Position numbers and translations under genes: made by a program. From a bacterium (GTDB lineage: Bacteria; Patescibacteriota; Microgenomatia; Levybacterales; UBA12049), in assembly GCA_021813145.1 (NCBI GenBank), contig JAKALS010000003.1, forward strand, positions 105,890 through 169,889: 64,000 bases of DNA, read 5' to 3'. Below, in pieces: positions 51,129-61,598 of the stretch; positions within the stretch are counted from its first letter, which is position 1, and each line of letters begins with the position of its first letter. The notes under the pieces are model-generated. The model saw only the letters and a program-made list of their open reading frames with translations, was not told where the DNA came from and ran no database searches.

Positions 51129-51764
51129 TTATTTTTTTGATTCCAGGCGAAGGTCTTCTGTTTCTTCGAGTATTTCGTTCAGCTTTTCCATGTCTTCCTC
51201 TTTGAGATTTTCTTTTTCGTCCTTTATGACTTCCTCTATATCCTCGGAGATTGTATCAGCGGCTTCTTTTGTTCTTTCCGAAAGAGCTTCCATGTCGTTT
51301 TCTTCCTTATCAGACCTTCTATACTCGCGTCCAAAAAAGTAGGCGAGGGGAGAAATAAGAAGGAGGGATCCAACTCTTAAAATATTTCCCGTAACATCTC
51401 CTGCCAGTGTATCCGGGAGAAAAATAAGTACAGCGCCGATAAGGAACACAAAAATAGCCGGAGGCTCAAATACAAAAGCTATTCCGAAACCCAAAAAGTA
51501 GAGAAGAAAGAAGACGGGAGAAGATACGCTTCCCGTGGCAAATATCAAAAGAAGAATTATAGTATTTAAGATAAATATCCCCCAAGGTCCGTCCCCGCCC
51601 ATCGTCAAGAACCCCTGGCCTTTTTTCCTTGCCGCAAAAAGGAGGTATAAGATAACAAGAACTGCAAGAGCTTGGATAGTAAACCCCGAAAGAGGAGTTT
51701 GCTCCCAGACAAATACAGCTACAAAAGATAGTACAAGTACAAATGCCTGGAGTAACAGCTTCAT
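51129..51764 (-). CDS. Membrane protein with acidic coiled C-terminus
   Basis: About 6 TMs; TG..SSP.FFLLYFL.F. Confidence 0.7.
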   Translation of the reverse strand: MKLLLQAFVLVLSFVAVFVWEQTPLSGFTIQALAVLVILYLLFAARKKGQGFLTMGGDGPWGIFILNTIILLLIFATGSVSSPVFFLLYFLGFGIAFVFEPPAIFVFLIGAVLIFLPDTLAGDVTGNILRVGSLLLISPLAYFFGREYRRSDKEENDMEALSERTKEAADTISEDIEEVIKDEKENLKEEDMEKLNEILEETEDLRLESKK

Positions 51765-51857
51765 ACCTCAATAGTAGGTAATCGGAGGTTAAAGTTCAAG
51801 AGGTATATGGTATACTAAAAACAAATTTCTAATTTCTAAGTAATTTCTAAATTTTAA

Positions 51858-54248
51858 ATGTCAAAAAATTCAAAAATAAAAATTAACTCAAGGTATTTTC
51901 CGGGCGCAATTGAAAAAAAATGGAGTAAAAAATGGCAGGAAAAGGGAATGAATGAATTTGACTTTTCCTCAAAAAAACCAAAGTATTATAACCTAGTTGA
52001 GCTTCCTTATCCTTCGGGAGACCTTCACCTTGGCCACTGGTTTGCTTTTACTCCTGCCGACGCCCACGCAAGATATAAAAAAATGAACGGATTTAATGTT
52101 TTCTTTCCAAACGGGTTTGACGCTTTCGGCCTTCCCGCGGAAAATGCGGCAATTAAGCGGGGGATACACCCCAAAGACTGGACTATGCAAAATATACAAA
52201 ACATGACAAAGCAGTTTGAAACAATGGGCACGATGATTGACTGGTCACACGAGGTTATTACCTGTTTGCCCGATTTTTACGGATGGAATCAATGGATTTT
52301 TCTTAAAATGTTTGAAAAAGGCATCGCCTACCGCGGAAAAGCTTTGTCTAACTGGTGCCCGGTTGACCAGACGGTTTTGGCAAACGAGCATATAGAAGGA
52401 GGAAAATGTTGGAGATGCGGTTCGGAAGTTATTCAAAAAGAAGTCGAGCAGTGGTTTTTAAGGATAACCGATTATGCCGACAGGCTCATATGGCCCGAGG
52501 ATAACAGTTCAAAGTCTGATGGAGAAAAAGATACCGCAAGCAATGAGCCGGTTGATTGGCCCGATCAGGTAAAGGAGGGTCAAAATAACTGGATTGGCAA
52601 ATCCGAAGGAATGTTGCTAGAGTTTTCCGTTATAAATAAAGGCGATAATAACGGCCTAAATATTGATTCTATTAAAGTATTTACGACAAGACCGGATACG
52701 ACAGACGGTGCAACTTTTCTGGTGGTTGCGCCTGAACATCCATTTGCCAGGGAAATTAAACAAAAAGATGTATCAGAATATATCAAAGAGGCTCAAAAGA
52801 AAACAGAAATGGAAAGAAAAGAGGACAGAACAAAATCCGGTGTTTTCACGGGAGCTTATGTGAAAAACCCGGTTTCAGGGAAAGACATTCCGGTATGGGT
52901 AGCCGATTATGTTTTGGCGGGTTACGGGACGGGGGCAATAATGGCCGTTCCTTTTGCGGATGAAAGGGACAGGGAGTTTGCGCGAAAATTCAATCTTCCC
53001 ATAGAAGAAACTGATTTTAAGGCAAAACCGGAGGGTGAAAAAACCGTAAATTACCATTTAAGAGATTGGTCAATATCAAGGCAGAGATACTGGGGAACTC
53101 CTGTTCCGATAATTCATTGTGAAAAGTGCGGTTTGGTCCCCGTGCCTTACGAAGACCTGCCCGTAGAACTTCCTTACAACGTAGATTACACTCCAAAAGG
53201 AAAACCTCCTCTTGCAACAGACGAAGAATGGCTTAATACAAAATGTCCGAAATGCCAAGGTGCGGCAAAAAGGGATGCCGAGACCTTGGATACTTTTTTT
53301 GACAGCGCCTGGTATTACTACAGATATGTTTCTCCTCATTTTGAGAAGTTACCCTTTGATACAAAAGAAGTGGCGGAGCTTATGCCCGTGGATGTATATT
53401 TCGGCGGATCCGAACATACACTGGGCCACACCCTTTATGCGAGATTTTTTACAAAGTTTTTTAAAGACATAGGACTTGTGGGTTTTGACGAATTTGCAAG
53501 AAAAAGAGTGCAGCACGGGGTGATATTGGGCCCGGACGGGAACAGAATGAGTAAATCCAGGGGAAATGTTGTTAATCCCGATGAAATTGTTAAGGAATAT
53601 GGGGCAGATACCGTAAGGCTTTATCTTTGTTTTATGATGCCTTATGAGGCAACAGCTCCCTGGTCGACGGAAGCAATTGGTGGAATGTATAAGTTCCTAT
53701 GGAGAGTGTGGAATTTAATCCAAGTTTGGCTGTCAACGGATAGAATTCAGGATAATGCAGACATAAACCACGAATATATAAGAATAAAGAATAGAACTAT
53801 TAAAAAAGTTGGTGAAGATTTAGAAAATTTTCATTTTAATACAGCAATTTCTGCAATAATGATTTACTTTAATGAATTTTCAAAGAATCTCGAAAAAACG
53901 ATCAGCAAAGATGAAATAAATACTCTAATTTTATTACTGGCACCGTTTGCTCCTTTTATTACAGAAGAACTGTGGCACCTGGTAAATCCTAATGCTAAAT
54001 CGGTCCATTTACAGCCTTGGCCCGGATACGATGAAAAATACCTGCTTGAAGAGGAAGTTCCGGTTGCAGTCCAGATAAACGGGAAACTGAGGGATACCGT
54101 AAGAATTCGGAATTCAGAATTAAAAATTCAGAATAAAGTGGAAGAAGAGATTAAAAAAAGTGAAAAAGTGCAGAAGTATCTGGAAGGGAAGAAAATATTA
54201 AAAGTTATTTACGTCGAAGGAAAGATAATTAATTTTGTAGTAAGCTAG
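51858..54248 (+). CDS. leuS: Leucyl-tRNA synthetase
   Basis: PYPSGDLHLGH, GFDAFGLPAENAA, DWSISRQRYWG.P, RMSKS, VQINGKLR. Confidence 0.97.
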   Translation: MSKNSKIKINSRYFPGAIEKKWSKKWQEKGMNEFDFSSKKPKYYNLVELPYPSGDLHLGHWFAFTPADAHARYKKMNGFNVFFPNGFDAFGLPAENAAIKRGIHPKDWTMQNIQNMTKQFETMGTMIDWSHEVITCLPDFYGWNQWIFLKMFEKGIAYRGKALSNWCPVDQTVLANEHIEGGKCWRCGSEVIQKEVEQWFLRITDYADRLIWPEDNSSKSDGEKDTASNEPVDWPDQVKEGQNNWIGKSEGMLLEFSVINKGDNNGLNIDSIKVFTTRPDTTDGATFLVVAPEHPFAREIKQKDVSEYIKEAQKKTEMERKEDRTKSGVFTGAYVKNPVSGKDIPVWVADYVLAGYGTGAIMAVPFADERDREFARKFNLPIEETDFKAKPEGEKTVNYHLRDWSISRQRYWGTPVPIIHCEKCGLVPVPYEDLPVELPYNVDYTPKGKPPLATDEEWLNTKCPKCQGAAKRDAETLDTFFDSAWYYYRYVSPHFEKLPFDTKEVAELMPVDVYFGGSEHTLGHTLYARFFTKFFKDIGLVGFDEFARKRVQHGVILGPDGNRMSKSRGNVVNPDEIVKEYGADTVRLYLCFMMPYEATAPWSTEAIGGMYKFLWRVWNLIQVWLSTDRIQDNADINHEYIRIKNRTIKKVGEDLENFHFNTAISAIMIYFNEFSKNLEKTISKDEINTLILLLAPFAPFITEELWHLVNPNAKSVHLQPWPGYDEKYLLEEEVPVAVQINGKLRDTVRIRNSELKIQNKVEEEIKKSEKVQKYLEGKKILKVIYVEGKIINFVVS

Positions 54249-54339
54249 TGTCTTTTTGATTTCCACTTCTTCAAAAAACAGACCCGATTTTGAAAAACTT
54301 TCCGGCATCATCAAAAGCGCAATTTAATTTTTTGATAGT

Positions 54340-54760
54340 CGGTTGATGTAAAAGGGAAGTGTTAGCTCAGGCCTATATAATTTGCCGGAAGGTCAAGAAT
54401 ATAAGCGGTCCCGATAAGAGTAAACGGTTTTTAGGAGGATGCCGGACAGGATCTGGATGGAAAAAATCTTAATCTGACGACAAAAGTTACGGATAGTTCA
54501 AAATTTGCATGCCAACACAAAATGAAGCTCAGGATAGGACAAAAAATTTTGTTCAAAATGAGTATTTCGGAAGAATAATTTCCCGCGGGTTTCCAAACTT
54601 ATTGGACAAAAAGTAAGCAACACAGGGATCAATTGATACATTACAGGGGGTGGTCTGTTGCCGCAGAAAAAATTATAAGAATAAATCTTATAGTTATTTC
54701 CAGGAAGGTTGTAAACAGCAAAAATTTTGACAGGGTAAAAGAAAAATATCCCTTAATTAA
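54340..54760 (+). pseudogene. comEA: Decayed comEA (SLBB + helix-hairpin-helix)
   Basis: Frame-shifted pieces VDVKG / GLYNLPEG / SRI, KNLNLTTKVTD, IDTLQGV / AAEKII, FDRVKEK; follows leuS. Confidence 0.65.
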
Positions 54761-54778
54761 TAAAATGGAGAATTGGGG

Positions 54779-55500
54779 ATGAAAGATGATAAATTAGACA
54801 TTTATTATTTATATTTCTTCTATTAGCATACTTGCTTTTTCAAAACAAGACTGTTTATAAAAACGGGCAGGTTATATCGCAACATTATTTACCGAACTCC
54901 AATTTCTATGGGTGTATCCAAAGATTTGCCTTCGGTAAAACGGTTTAAGTAACTACCAAGAAATATTCCCTGCGATCTAGGGCGGGCGGGGATGTAATTC
55001 TTATAAAAACTCCGACCGGCTCCATATTTTGAAGAACCAGATGATAAAGCTTGAATTATCTTTTCAGACACATGTATTTTTTTGACAAAAACTTGGATGT
55101 CATAATACTTTCTCACCCCTACAGACCACTTAACGGGTTAGTTCCGGTTGTTAAAAGGTATGATTTGATATCATATGATATGAAAAACATAAAAAATTAT
55201 AGTCAAAGATTAAAAATACTACAAGATACCTTAGCACTCAAAAATTTGACTGCTATTTTCCTTAAAAAAGGAGACAGGTCGTCAAGTCAATCCGATTTAG
55301 CCTTTAAAGTGCGATGACCTCCTTATATCTATTCCAAAAAAGGCCTAATTTTTTACGCCCTCAGGCTCAAAATACGGATTTTAAGGGTTTTTCTTTGATT
55401 GAAATGACAGTTTTTGGAGATTTAAAATACTTTTTATGTCGATGAGAGGTATTTGGATAATGAAAAAGTCGGAGAAACTTCAGATTTATGGATGTCCATC
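54779..55500 (+). pseudogene. comEC: Decayed ComEC-type metallo-beta-lactamase-domain gene
   Basis: CDLG / DVILIKTP.G, RHMYFFDKNLDVIILSHPY..LNGLVPVVKRY, FGD...LF; metal-binding motif disrupted, many stops. Confidence 0.65.
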
Positions 55501-55560
55501 ATTGACTAAAAACAGGACTTTTGGAAAAGTTTTTAAAAGCAACTGAATTATTTGAGACGG

Positions 55561-57252
55561 CTAATTAACGGTTACCGGAGTTTGCGTATTTGCTTGTTTT
55601 ATGGCGTCTTCCCTTAACGGTAGAGTGAAGTAGATAGTCGTTCCCTGTCCCACATCCGATCTTACTCCTACGTATCCTCCATGTGCTTCGACAACACCTT
55701 TTACTATATAAAGACCGAGGCCGGTTCCTTTCTTTGCAAGTTCTCCCGGAGTTTTTCTTATCTGATAAAACTTTGAAAAAAGCTCCTTCTGATCCTGGGG
55801 GGCAATGCCCATTCCCGTATCCGAGACGGAAACAGTAACTGTTGCCTCGTTTATTTCGCCCAGAACGGTAATTTTACCGCCTTCCGGAGTGAACTTGAGG
55901 CTGTTTGAGATAAGGTTATTAAGAACCTGGTTTATTCTTATGAGGTCGAAGCTAAAAAGCGGAAGCTCTTTGGGAACATAAGAATCTATTTGTATCTTCT
56001 TTTTCATTGCCGGGACCGAAAAGGTATCCACAACTTCGTTTATAAGTTTATTCAAATCGTTGGGAGACTTTTGTATAACAAATCGTCCAGCTTCTATTTT
56101 TGCAGCATCCAGAATAGACCCTATTTGCTCGAGCAGAGTCTTTGCCTGGGTATCTATGATTCCCAATAATTGTTTTGCCTGGTCTTCCTTAAGCTCTTTT
56201 TCCTCGAGCATAAGCTCGGAAGAGTCTTTTATAGCCGTGAGTGGCGCCCGCAATTCATGCACCATCATGTTTGTGAAGTCCTCCTTAATCTTGGAGAGAT
56301 TTTTTTCGATCGTAATATCGTGCATAAGAATGGAAGCTCCTATCACCTCAGGTTTGTCCGTCAGGGTATTTACCACGGGGGTTACAAATATCTGGAATGT
56401 ATTTTCACCTATAAGGACCTCTTTTTCTTCCAGAGTCTGATTTTTAGAGACGGATTCTTTTATTTTCGAAGCCAGATCGAATTTTCCGGCCAAAGCATTG
56501 ACTATAGTTATGAAGCTGATTTCCGAAAGGTTAAGGAATTTTCTCGCTGCCTCATTTATTATAAGAACCTGGTTTTTGCCGTCTACCATAAATACTCCAT
56601 CGGCAAGGCTTGTAATCAGGGAAGTAAGTTTGCCTTGCTCGATTTCAAGTACTCCGTGGAGTCTCGAAAGAGCATTCGACGCATTATCGGTTATCTGGTA
56701 GAGAATTGTAACTTCCTCTTCCTTATATAAGTCTGGGACAGTGGAAGAAACGTTTATAAGTCCCATAACCTTGTTGTTTACTATGAATGGTATATGGAAG
56801 AATGAAGCTAGGGGGTTTTGGTTTGATTCGTCGAGAAGTTGTCCCGAATGCATCTCTTCCATTACCTGGGGCAGGTTGGGTACCAGGGCGGACATTGAGG
56901 CTAGCATGCTCTTTTTCACCTGATCCAAAAAATTCTGACTGACGCGTTCTTCAACATAAGTTTTAAAAACAAGCTTATCACCTTCTATTAGGATTGCAGA
57001 GGCCGTAGAATAGGGGAAAAGGTTTTTGAGGCTTCCGGTTATGATATCCACGACTTCTTCCACGTCTAGGGAATAGCTTATCCTATCCTGTATCTCTTTT
57101 AATACGGAGATTTGATAAAGCCTCTGTTTTTGTATTTCTTCGTGCTGTGCGAGAGTTTTCCTTGCCTGCCGCTCTCTTATAAAAAGGACAGCAATAAGAA
57201 TTATAAGAAAGAAAGTTATTATTTCATCGGGGGAAATAAATGGCAGGCCCAT
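55561..57252 (-). CDS. Sensor histidine kinase (TM-GAF-PAS-HisKA-HATPase)
   Basis: HELRAPL, QVLNNLISNSLKFT, DTGMGI, GTGLGL. Confidence 0.93.
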   Translation of the reverse strand: MGLPFISPDEIITFFLIILIAVLFIRERQARKTLAQHEEIQKQRLYQISVLKEIQDRISYSLDVEEVVDIITGSLKNLFPYSTASAILIEGDKLVFKTYVEERVSQNFLDQVKKSMLASMSALVPNLPQVMEEMHSGQLLDESNQNPLASFFHIPFIVNNKVMGLINVSSTVPDLYKEEEVTILYQITDNASNALSRLHGVLEIEQGKLTSLITSLADGVFMVDGKNQVLIINEAARKFLNLSEISFITIVNALAGKFDLASKIKESVSKNQTLEEKEVLIGENTFQIFVTPVVNTLTDKPEVIGASILMHDITIEKNLSKIKEDFTNMMVHELRAPLTAIKDSSELMLEEKELKEDQAKQLLGIIDTQAKTLLEQIGSILDAAKIEAGRFVIQKSPNDLNKLINEVVDTFSVPAMKKKIQIDSYVPKELPLFSFDLIRINQVLNNLISNSLKFTPEGGKITVLGEINEATVTVSVSDTGMGIAPQDQKELFSKFYQIRKTPGELAKKGTGLGLYIVKGVVEAHGGYVGVRSDVGQGTTIYFTLPLREDAIKQANTQTPVTVN

Positions 57253-57327
57253 GGGTTAATTATAAATACGCAAATAACAAATATGCAAATAAATATGAAT
57301 TATTAAGCAATTCTTAATTTAGGGAAG

Positions 57328-57672
57328 CTACTTCGTGAGGCTTTCCAGTTTGTCTCCTGTTTTTTTGCTGCCTATTACGATTATATATGTGCCTATTATA
57401 AAGAACGGAGCTTTTGCGAGAAGTAGAACTATAGTAAGCTGAGGATTAATATAACCCGAAACTTCCATATACGATTCCACGGCGTCTATAAGAATCCCTG
57501 CCCCTATAAAAAGTATGCCGATTGCTATTGCCTTAAACCCCGAGGCGAGTATTCCGGTACCGAATTTTTTATTAAGCCTTGCCATAATTATACCCGCCGA
57601 TATAGAAGCTAAGGCAGATATGAATGAACTCCCTTCGATAAAGATAGTAAAAAGTTTTTGTATATCTATCAT
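57328..57672 (-). CDS. Small three-TM membrane protein
   Basis: Three hydrophobic segments; located inside the signalling operon. Confidence 0.7.
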   Translation of the reverse strand: MIDIQKLFTIFIEGSSFISALASISAGIIMARLNKKFGTGILASGFKAIAIGILFIGAGILIDAVESYMEVSGYINPQLTIVLLLAKAPFFIIGTYIIVIGSKKTGDKLESLTK

Positions 57673-57673
57673 T

Positions 57674-58045
57674 TCACTTGCCAGATAAAGCCTGGTTTAT
57701 AGCTTGTTGGGCAGCGTCGGCAGAAGGGGGGGGAGGCGTTGCGGGCTGAGGAGCTTGAGCTGCGGTTATTCCGGCCGCGGCAACTCCGTCCGGATAGACG
57801 GAAAGAAGAGGCTCCATAGTTTTTTTAACTATTAATCCGGAGAGTTGGACAAACTGGTCTATTAAGCTTTGGATCATTTCCTGGGGAGCGCCCTGGATAT
57901 CGGTCACGGTGCCGTCATCCGCAACGGTAAGTCCTTTAACATTTCTTGCTTTGGTAAGAGTAATCTGGGGTCCCAGAACGACCATTTGTTTTTGGATTAC
58001 TTCCGTCAATAATTTTTTATAATCAGTATTTCCGTTAGCCTGCAT
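57674..58045 (-). CDS. Hypothetical protein in two-component operon
   Basis: VIQKQMVVLGP...KARNV.GL...L..QF..LSG; tightly coupled to its neighbours. Confidence 0.7.
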   Translation of the reverse strand: MQANGNTDYKKLLTEVIQKQMVVLGPQITLTKARNVKGLTVADDGTVTDIQGAPQEMIQSLIDQFVQLSGLIVKKTMEPLLSVYPDGVAAAGITAAQAPQPATPPPPSADAAQQAINQALSGK

Positions 58046-58047
58046 AG

Positions 58048-58416
58048 TTATGCCTGGTGAAGCTGTGTTTTTATCTTTTCAACTATGTCTTTGGGCTCCA
58101 CCTGGTATTTAAAAACATAGTCTGCCGCTCCCTGGTTTATGGCTTCTTTTACAAGTTCTTCCTGACTGAAGTTGGAAAGGATTATTACAGGGATGTTTTT
58201 CGTTGCCTCGTCTCCCTTTAATTGTTTCAATACGTCATTTCCGGACGTGTCGGGAAGAACCTGGTCTAAAAGCACAAGATCGGGCTTTTCGGTTTTTGCC
58301 TTTTCGATTCCGTCTTTTCCGAGGTGGGCTACAGAAGTCTGGAATCCTTCTTTAGAAAGAGCAGTGGTAAATACTATTGTAAGGGCTTCATCATCGTCTA
58401 TAAGAAGTATTTTCAT
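58048..58416 (-). CDS. Stand-alone response regulator receiver
   Basis: ILLIDDD, PDLVLLD..LP..SG, PVIILSN, GA.DY.FK; start moved to 58416. Confidence 0.92.
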   Translation of the reverse strand: MKILLIDDDEALTIVFTTALSKEGFQTSVAHLGKDGIEKAKTEKPDLVLLDQVLPDTSGNDVLKQLKGDEATKNIPVIILSNFSQEELVKEAINQGAADYVFKYQVEPKDIVEKIKTQLHQA

Positions 58417-58508
58417 ACCTAATATCAACGCTAGCAGTTCTGTTTTAAAAATGCAAGCCCCGGGTAGTATCTGGTATCTAGGGAATTGTCGTATGATACA
58501 ATTGCAGT

Positions 58509-60242
58509 GTGATAAGAGATGAAATTGTCGAGTTACTAAAAAAGACCTTAAGGGATATCCCGAAGCTCCCTTACGAACTGATAGAGCCTTTTGTAAGCGT
58601 CGAAACCCCAAAAGAGTCCTCGAATGGTGATTACTCGAGTAATATTGCAATGATAGCCTTCAGGAAAAAATCAGATATAACTAAGACACATGTACCAGGA
58701 GGCAAAAAAGAAGGTTCAATCTGGGCAACTCCGGGGGGTACATTTGAAAGTCCTCTTCAATTGGCCGAGAAAATAGTTTCTATAATAAACGCCAAATACC
58801 CCGCACAAAACACTTTTTCCAGGGTCGAAGCCGTAAAGCCGGGTTTCATCAATTTTTATCTTTCACAAAGATATCTTCATCAACAAGTAAAAGAGGTAAT
58901 GGAAAAAGGTTCTTCCTATGGTTCGCTTAGTATTGGAAAAGGGAAAAACGCAAGCGTTGAATATGTTTCGGCAAACCCTACGGGACCGTTGCACATAGGA
59001 AACGCAAGAGGAGGGCCTTTGGGCGACGTTATTGCAAATGTATTGGAAAAAGCAGGCTATAAAGTAACAAGAGAATATCTTCATAATAATGTGGGAGGGC
59101 AGGTGGCAAGGCTTGGAGACGCAATTTATTTTACTTTAAATCCCGAGCAAAAAGGCGAAGGGTACGAAATGCAGTATCAGGGAGAATACATAAAAGAACT
59201 TGCACAAATGGTAGAGGAGGAAATGGAGGAAGAGCAATACGAGAATTTATCTCAAAGTGATTTTATAGATAAAGCCGGGGAAATAGCTGTTGAGATAATG
59301 CTTTCCCAAATTCTTAAAGACTGCCAGGATATGGGGATTAAATACGACATTATAAAGAGCGAGTCCGAGTTAAGAAAGGAAGCGGAAAAGGTTATAAAAG
59401 AGCTCGGCAGTAAAAAAAAGATAAAAGAAAAAGAGGGAGCGCTCTGGTTTGCTCCAAACGACGAGTTTTTAAAAGACAGGGAAACAGTGGTTAAAAAATC
59501 GGACGGAGAATTTACTTATTTTGCTTCGGATATTGTTTATCATAAAGAAAAATTTCAAAGGGAAGATTTGGTTGTAGACATTCTTGGGGCAAATCATTCA
59601 GGACACGTCCCAAGGCTTATGGCGGTGGTCAAGGCTTTGGGTTTTGATACGGAGAAGTTCAAGGTTATCCTATACCAGTACGTAAGATTAAAAAGGGGAA
59701 GCGAAATAGTTAAAATGAGCAAACGCGCCGGTAATTTTGTCACGGCCAGAGAGGTTCTTGATGAGGTAGGGAAGGACGCTTTCAGGTTTTTCCTACTAAG
59801 AAGTTCTCCCGAAACGCATATGGATTTTGATCTTAAACTTGCAAAAAAACAGGCTTCTGACAACCCCGTTTTTTATGTTCAATATGCTTATTCCAGAATA
59901 TGTTCCATATTTTCCAAAGCTGATGGCTACAGAGCGCAGATTACAGGAGTTAGCGAAAAGGAGTTAGCTCTGCTAACAGATCCCGAAGAGATTGCATTGA
60001 TGAGACAATTGATTAAATTCCCTTTTATGGTAGAGGATATTTCTAAAACTTTTGCGGTTAATCTTTTTACCAACTACGCAATGGAAATCGCAAACTCTTT
60101 CCATAAGTTTTACGAAGCTCAAAGGGTAATATCCGAAGATAAAAATAAGACTTCGGCAAGGCTGGCTCTTCTTGAGGCAACGAGGGTTACCCTTAAAAAT
60201 ACTCTGGATATTTTAGGCGTCAGCGCTCCGGAAAGAATGTAG
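58509..60242 (+). CDS. argS: Arginyl-tRNA synthetase
   Basis: GDYSSN.A, EYVSANPTGPLHIGNAR, KMSKRAG, NPVFYVQYA, APERM. Confidence 0.97.
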   Translation: MIRDEIVELLKKTLRDIPKLPYELIEPFVSVETPKESSNGDYSSNIAMIAFRKKSDITKTHVPGGKKEGSIWATPGGTFESPLQLAEKIVSIINAKYPAQNTFSRVEAVKPGFINFYLSQRYLHQQVKEVMEKGSSYGSLSIGKGKNASVEYVSANPTGPLHIGNARGGPLGDVIANVLEKAGYKVTREYLHNNVGGQVARLGDAIYFTLNPEQKGEGYEMQYQGEYIKELAQMVEEEMEEEQYENLSQSDFIDKAGEIAVEIMLSQILKDCQDMGIKYDIIKSESELRKEAEKVIKELGSKKKIKEKEGALWFAPNDEFLKDRETVVKKSDGEFTYFASDIVYHKEKFQREDLVVDILGANHSGHVPRLMAVVKALGFDTEKFKVILYQYVRLKRGSEIVKMSKRAGNFVTAREVLDEVGKDAFRFFLLRSSPETHMDFDLKLAKKQASDNPVFYVQYAYSRICSIFSKADGYRAQITGVSEKELALLTDPEEIALMRQLIKFPFMVEDISKTFAVNLFTNYAMEIANSFHKFYEAQRVISEDKNKTSARLALLEATRVTLKNTLDILGVSAPERM

Positions 60243-60317
60243 TATAAATTAGTCAATTTTTAGATTAAAAATTATAATATATTCTCTATTCTGTGGATTG
60301 GTGTTATAATGTCCGTT

Positions 60318-61592
60318 ATGGTATATCACAAGAAAACTCTTCAAAACGGCCTCAGACTTGTAACGGTTCCAATGTCTTCCTTTGAAAGCGCAACCGTTCT
60401 TGTTATGGTAGGGGCAGGAAGCAGATACGAAACAAAACAGAATAACGGTATCTCGCATTTTTTGGAACACATGGCTTTTAAAGGCACAGAAAAAAGACCT
60501 TCAGCTTTGGATATCTCAAGCCTCATAGACGGAATAGGCGGAGAGTCAAACGCTTTTACGGGTAAAGAAACAACAGGCTACTACATAAAATCTTCTGCGG
60601 GACAGTTGGAGGTATGCCTAGATATTCTTTCGGATATGCTTAAAAATTCTAAACTTGCCCAGGAAGAAATCGACAGGGAAAAAGGAGTGATACTCGAGGA
60701 GATAAATCTTTATGAAGATATGCCGGCAAGGAAAATTGGAGATATTTACGAAAGGCTTTTGTATGGAAACACCCCTTTGGGCTGGGACATAGCAGGGGAA
60801 AAAGACGTAGTAAGAAGCCTTAAGAGGGAAGATTTTGTCAAATATATGGGAAGTCTGTACAGCGCTTCAAACATTGTGGTTGTAGTTGCAGGGGGGGTAG
60901 AGACTAAAAAGGTTGAGGAACTGGGAGAAAAGTATTTTTCAGATATGAAGAGATTTGATACAAAAGGTTATAGTAAAGTGGCAGAAAAACAGGATAAACC
61001 GGAATTAATGTTGAGGCAAAAGGATACAGAGCAAATGCATATAGCAATAGGAGTAAGGACGGTTTCCATAGAAAGTCCGGATAGATTTCCCCTTGCCGTT
61101 CTTTCCTCTATTTTGGGAGGAGGAATGAGCAGCAGACTTTTCCATGAAGTAAGAGAAAGAAGAGGCCTTGCTTATTATGTAAGAAGCTCTTCGGATCATT
61201 TTGTTGATGCCGGAAGTTTCGTTACAACATCAGGACTTGATCCAAAAAGAGCAGAAGAGGGAGTAAAAGTAATAGTTGATGAATACAGAAAATTTGCAGA
61301 AGGAAAAGCAGGTATTACACCTTCGGAATTTAAGAAAGCAAAAGAATACCTTAAGGGTCATTTTGTATTGGAACTCGAAGACAGCCGGGCCGTAGCGGGC
61401 TTTTATTCCTCTCAGGAGCTTCTGGAAAAAGAAGTACTAAACCCGGACCAGCTTTTGGAGAAAATAGACCGGGTAACAGTAGAAGAGGTAGAGGAAGTTG
61501 CCAAAAAATACTTTAAGAATCAGGGCCTTAACATGGCAGGAATTGGAAATTTTGGCGCTGGACAAAAATTCCAGGAATTGCTACGATTATAG
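60318..61592 (+). CDS. M16 (pitrilysin-family) zinc peptidase
   Basis: GISHFLEHMAFKGT (HXXEH), SSRLF.EVRERRGLAY. Confidence 0.93.
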   Translation: MVYHKKTLQNGLRLVTVPMSSFESATVLVMVGAGSRYETKQNNGISHFLEHMAFKGTEKRPSALDISSLIDGIGGESNAFTGKETTGYYIKSSAGQLEVCLDILSDMLKNSKLAQEEIDREKGVILEEINLYEDMPARKIGDIYERLLYGNTPLGWDIAGEKDVVRSLKREDFVKYMGSLYSASNIVVVVAGGVETKKVEELGEKYFSDMKRFDTKGYSKVAEKQDKPELMLRQKDTEQMHIAIGVRTVSIESPDRFPLAVLSSILGGGMSSRLFHEVRERRGLAYYVRSSSDHFVDAGSFVTTSGLDPKRAEEGVKVIVDEYRKFAEGKAGITPSEFKKAKEYLKGHFVLELEDSRAVAGFYSSQELLEKEVLNPDQLLEKIDRVTVEEVEEVAKKYFKNQGLNMAGIGNFGAGQKFQELLRL

Positions 61593-61598
61593 AGAAAA

